The notes beneath the pieces were generated by a model. That model ran no database searches and had not been told where the DNA came from. It was given only the letters and a program-made list of their open reading frames with translations. 64,000 nucleotides of DNA, taken from contig OZ234493.1 of assembly GCA_965153455.1 (NCBI GenBank), positions 21,938,213 to 22,002,212 on the forward strand. Direction: 5' to 3'. The DNA comes from Sphagnum compactum (taxonomy: Eukaryota). Below are positions 62,638-64,000 of this stretch, one piece after another; position 1 is the first letter of the stretch, and every line of letters starts with the position of its first letter. The position numbers and the translations under genes were made by a program.

Positions 62638-63036
62638 GGACCGCTTTACAGTTGGAGTCAGGGCCAATGTTCAATCCAAATCAAGCATTCTATTGATGCA
62701 AAAGTTGAAATCGGCCCCAAGGGCTTTACACTAGGAGTCAAGGCTGAACTAGAAGAAATGTTTTCAATCCGCCCAAAGTTACTAATAAAATTGCTGAACT
62801 TTATGGCCTTGTATTGGCCCCAAGGCTGGAAAAAGGATACCAACGAATTTGGGAGGCCAATTTGCAACCATTGGGGTCAATGTTTCAGCATTTATTAATA
62901 TCCTTACATCATTATTTTAATATCCTTACATCAATGTTCTAGCGTTTATTAGTAACTTGGTGCCAAACAACAAGGCAAAAATGCTCAAAGTTGGCCCTGA
63001 GTTTTTTCGGCCCGGACTCCGAGTGCACAGCGGGCC
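62638..63036. mobile_element. Tourist/PIF-Harbinger MITE (399 bp)
   Basis: TAA|ggaccgctttacagttggagtcagggcc ... ggcccggactccgagtgcacagcgggcc|TAA; an extra internal TIR-like copy lies at ~62721. Confidence 0.8.
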
Positions 63037-63323
63037 TAAGGTGCCCACCTAAGGCATCCAGGGGCCTTCCTCCGCATACTAATCATGTCAGACCAAAGAA
63101 AATAACAATGGGCCCTTGGGAAATGCGTGAGAACTGACCTCCCAATGTAAGAGTGAATTTAATGGGTTTTGAGAACGCCCTCCAAGTACACTACCAAGTG
63201 TCTGACATTTCATTACATTCAGGAGGACATTGCTGGTCCCAAGAAAGGGTTGCAATATTGGAGAGGACCCGGGCCACCCCATGACATGTATCAATGATGA
63301 TTTTACTTTCTGATATGAACTGG

Positions 63324-64000
63324 GGCCAGAGTGAACCAGCACCCACCAGTGCACCAGTTGCTCGTTCTGTCCATAGGATGGGTTTTATTTCTTCATCCAG
63401 TTCCTGACTCTGTGTTACCCCAACATTGTACCATAGTCAACCTTTTTGGGCTGCTGACCTTTCACCCTTTTTCTTTTTTGGGTTTTTTTTTCTCAACCCT
63501 GACCATACTACCTTTCAACCTAATCACCCTAGTTCCCTAACTACCCTACTGACTTAACTACGTTATTGACTTGCACCTTGGCTCTACCTACCAACCCCTT
63601 CCCTACTTACCCTCTAGTTTTTCATAGTTAAACCTATATCTCTTGGCTAAACTTTTGTCTTTTGGCACAACTTCTAATTCTTCTTGGCTAAACCATTTTC
63701 TTTTAGCACAACTTTTAACTTTTCTTGGTTAAAACTTTTCTTTCTGGTACAACTTTTCATTCTTCTTGTCTAAACCTATATCTCTTTGCTAAAACTTTTT
63801 TTTTGGCACAACTTTTAATCCTTTTTGGCTAAACCTCCATCTTTTCATGACTAAACGTTTACATGTGGACACAATCTCTATGTATTTTTAGCTAAACGTC
63901 TATTTCTTTGCAAAAACATTACTTTCAACAATTTTTTTTAAAAAAAATTAAACCTCTACCTTTTGGAAAAAATTCTAACTTTTCTTGACTAAACCTATAT
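63324..64000. mobile_element. Left end of a larger PIF/Harbinger-like element with ~40-bp subterminal tandem repeats; runs off the window
   Basis: TIR shared with 47895-48307, followed from ~63620 by repeats of cttggctaaac...ttttggcacaacttttaa. Confidence 0.55.

Overview
Eukaryotic, intron-rich land-plant genomic DNA. A moss, probably Sphagnum-like, is inferred from gene content, intron style and repeat families but is not proven. I reconstructed six apparently intact genes exon by exon (GT-AG junctions, frame preserved): an AHK5-type cytosolic hybrid histidine kinase (-, runs off the left edge), an HCF107/Mbb1-like HAT/TPR-repeat protein (-), a secreted TolB-like/PD40 beta-propeller protein (+), plastid division protein PDV2-like (+), an intronless cytochrome-b5-fused front-end desaturase of the sphingolipid delta-8 (SLD) type (+), and a SCAB-family actin-binding protein (-). 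A seventh locus is a frameshifted, truncated LRR receptor-like gene (-). The AT-rich intergenic blocks hold a decayed Ty1/Copia element with a pogo/Emigrant-like MITE nested in its gag, several Tourist/PIF-Harbinger-like MITEs, dispersed repeats and tandem repeats. The most unusual signals are: tandem repeats in two 5' leaders that build ordered uORF arrays (a stop-start-overlapping relay before the TolB-like gene, and five ATG-GTG-TGA minimal uORFs before SCAB); a candidate spliced orphan or lncRNA gene divergent from the desaturase; and the TolB-like/PDV2 adjacency. I found no rRNA, tRNA or CRISPR array and cannot establish a new biological system from sequence alone.
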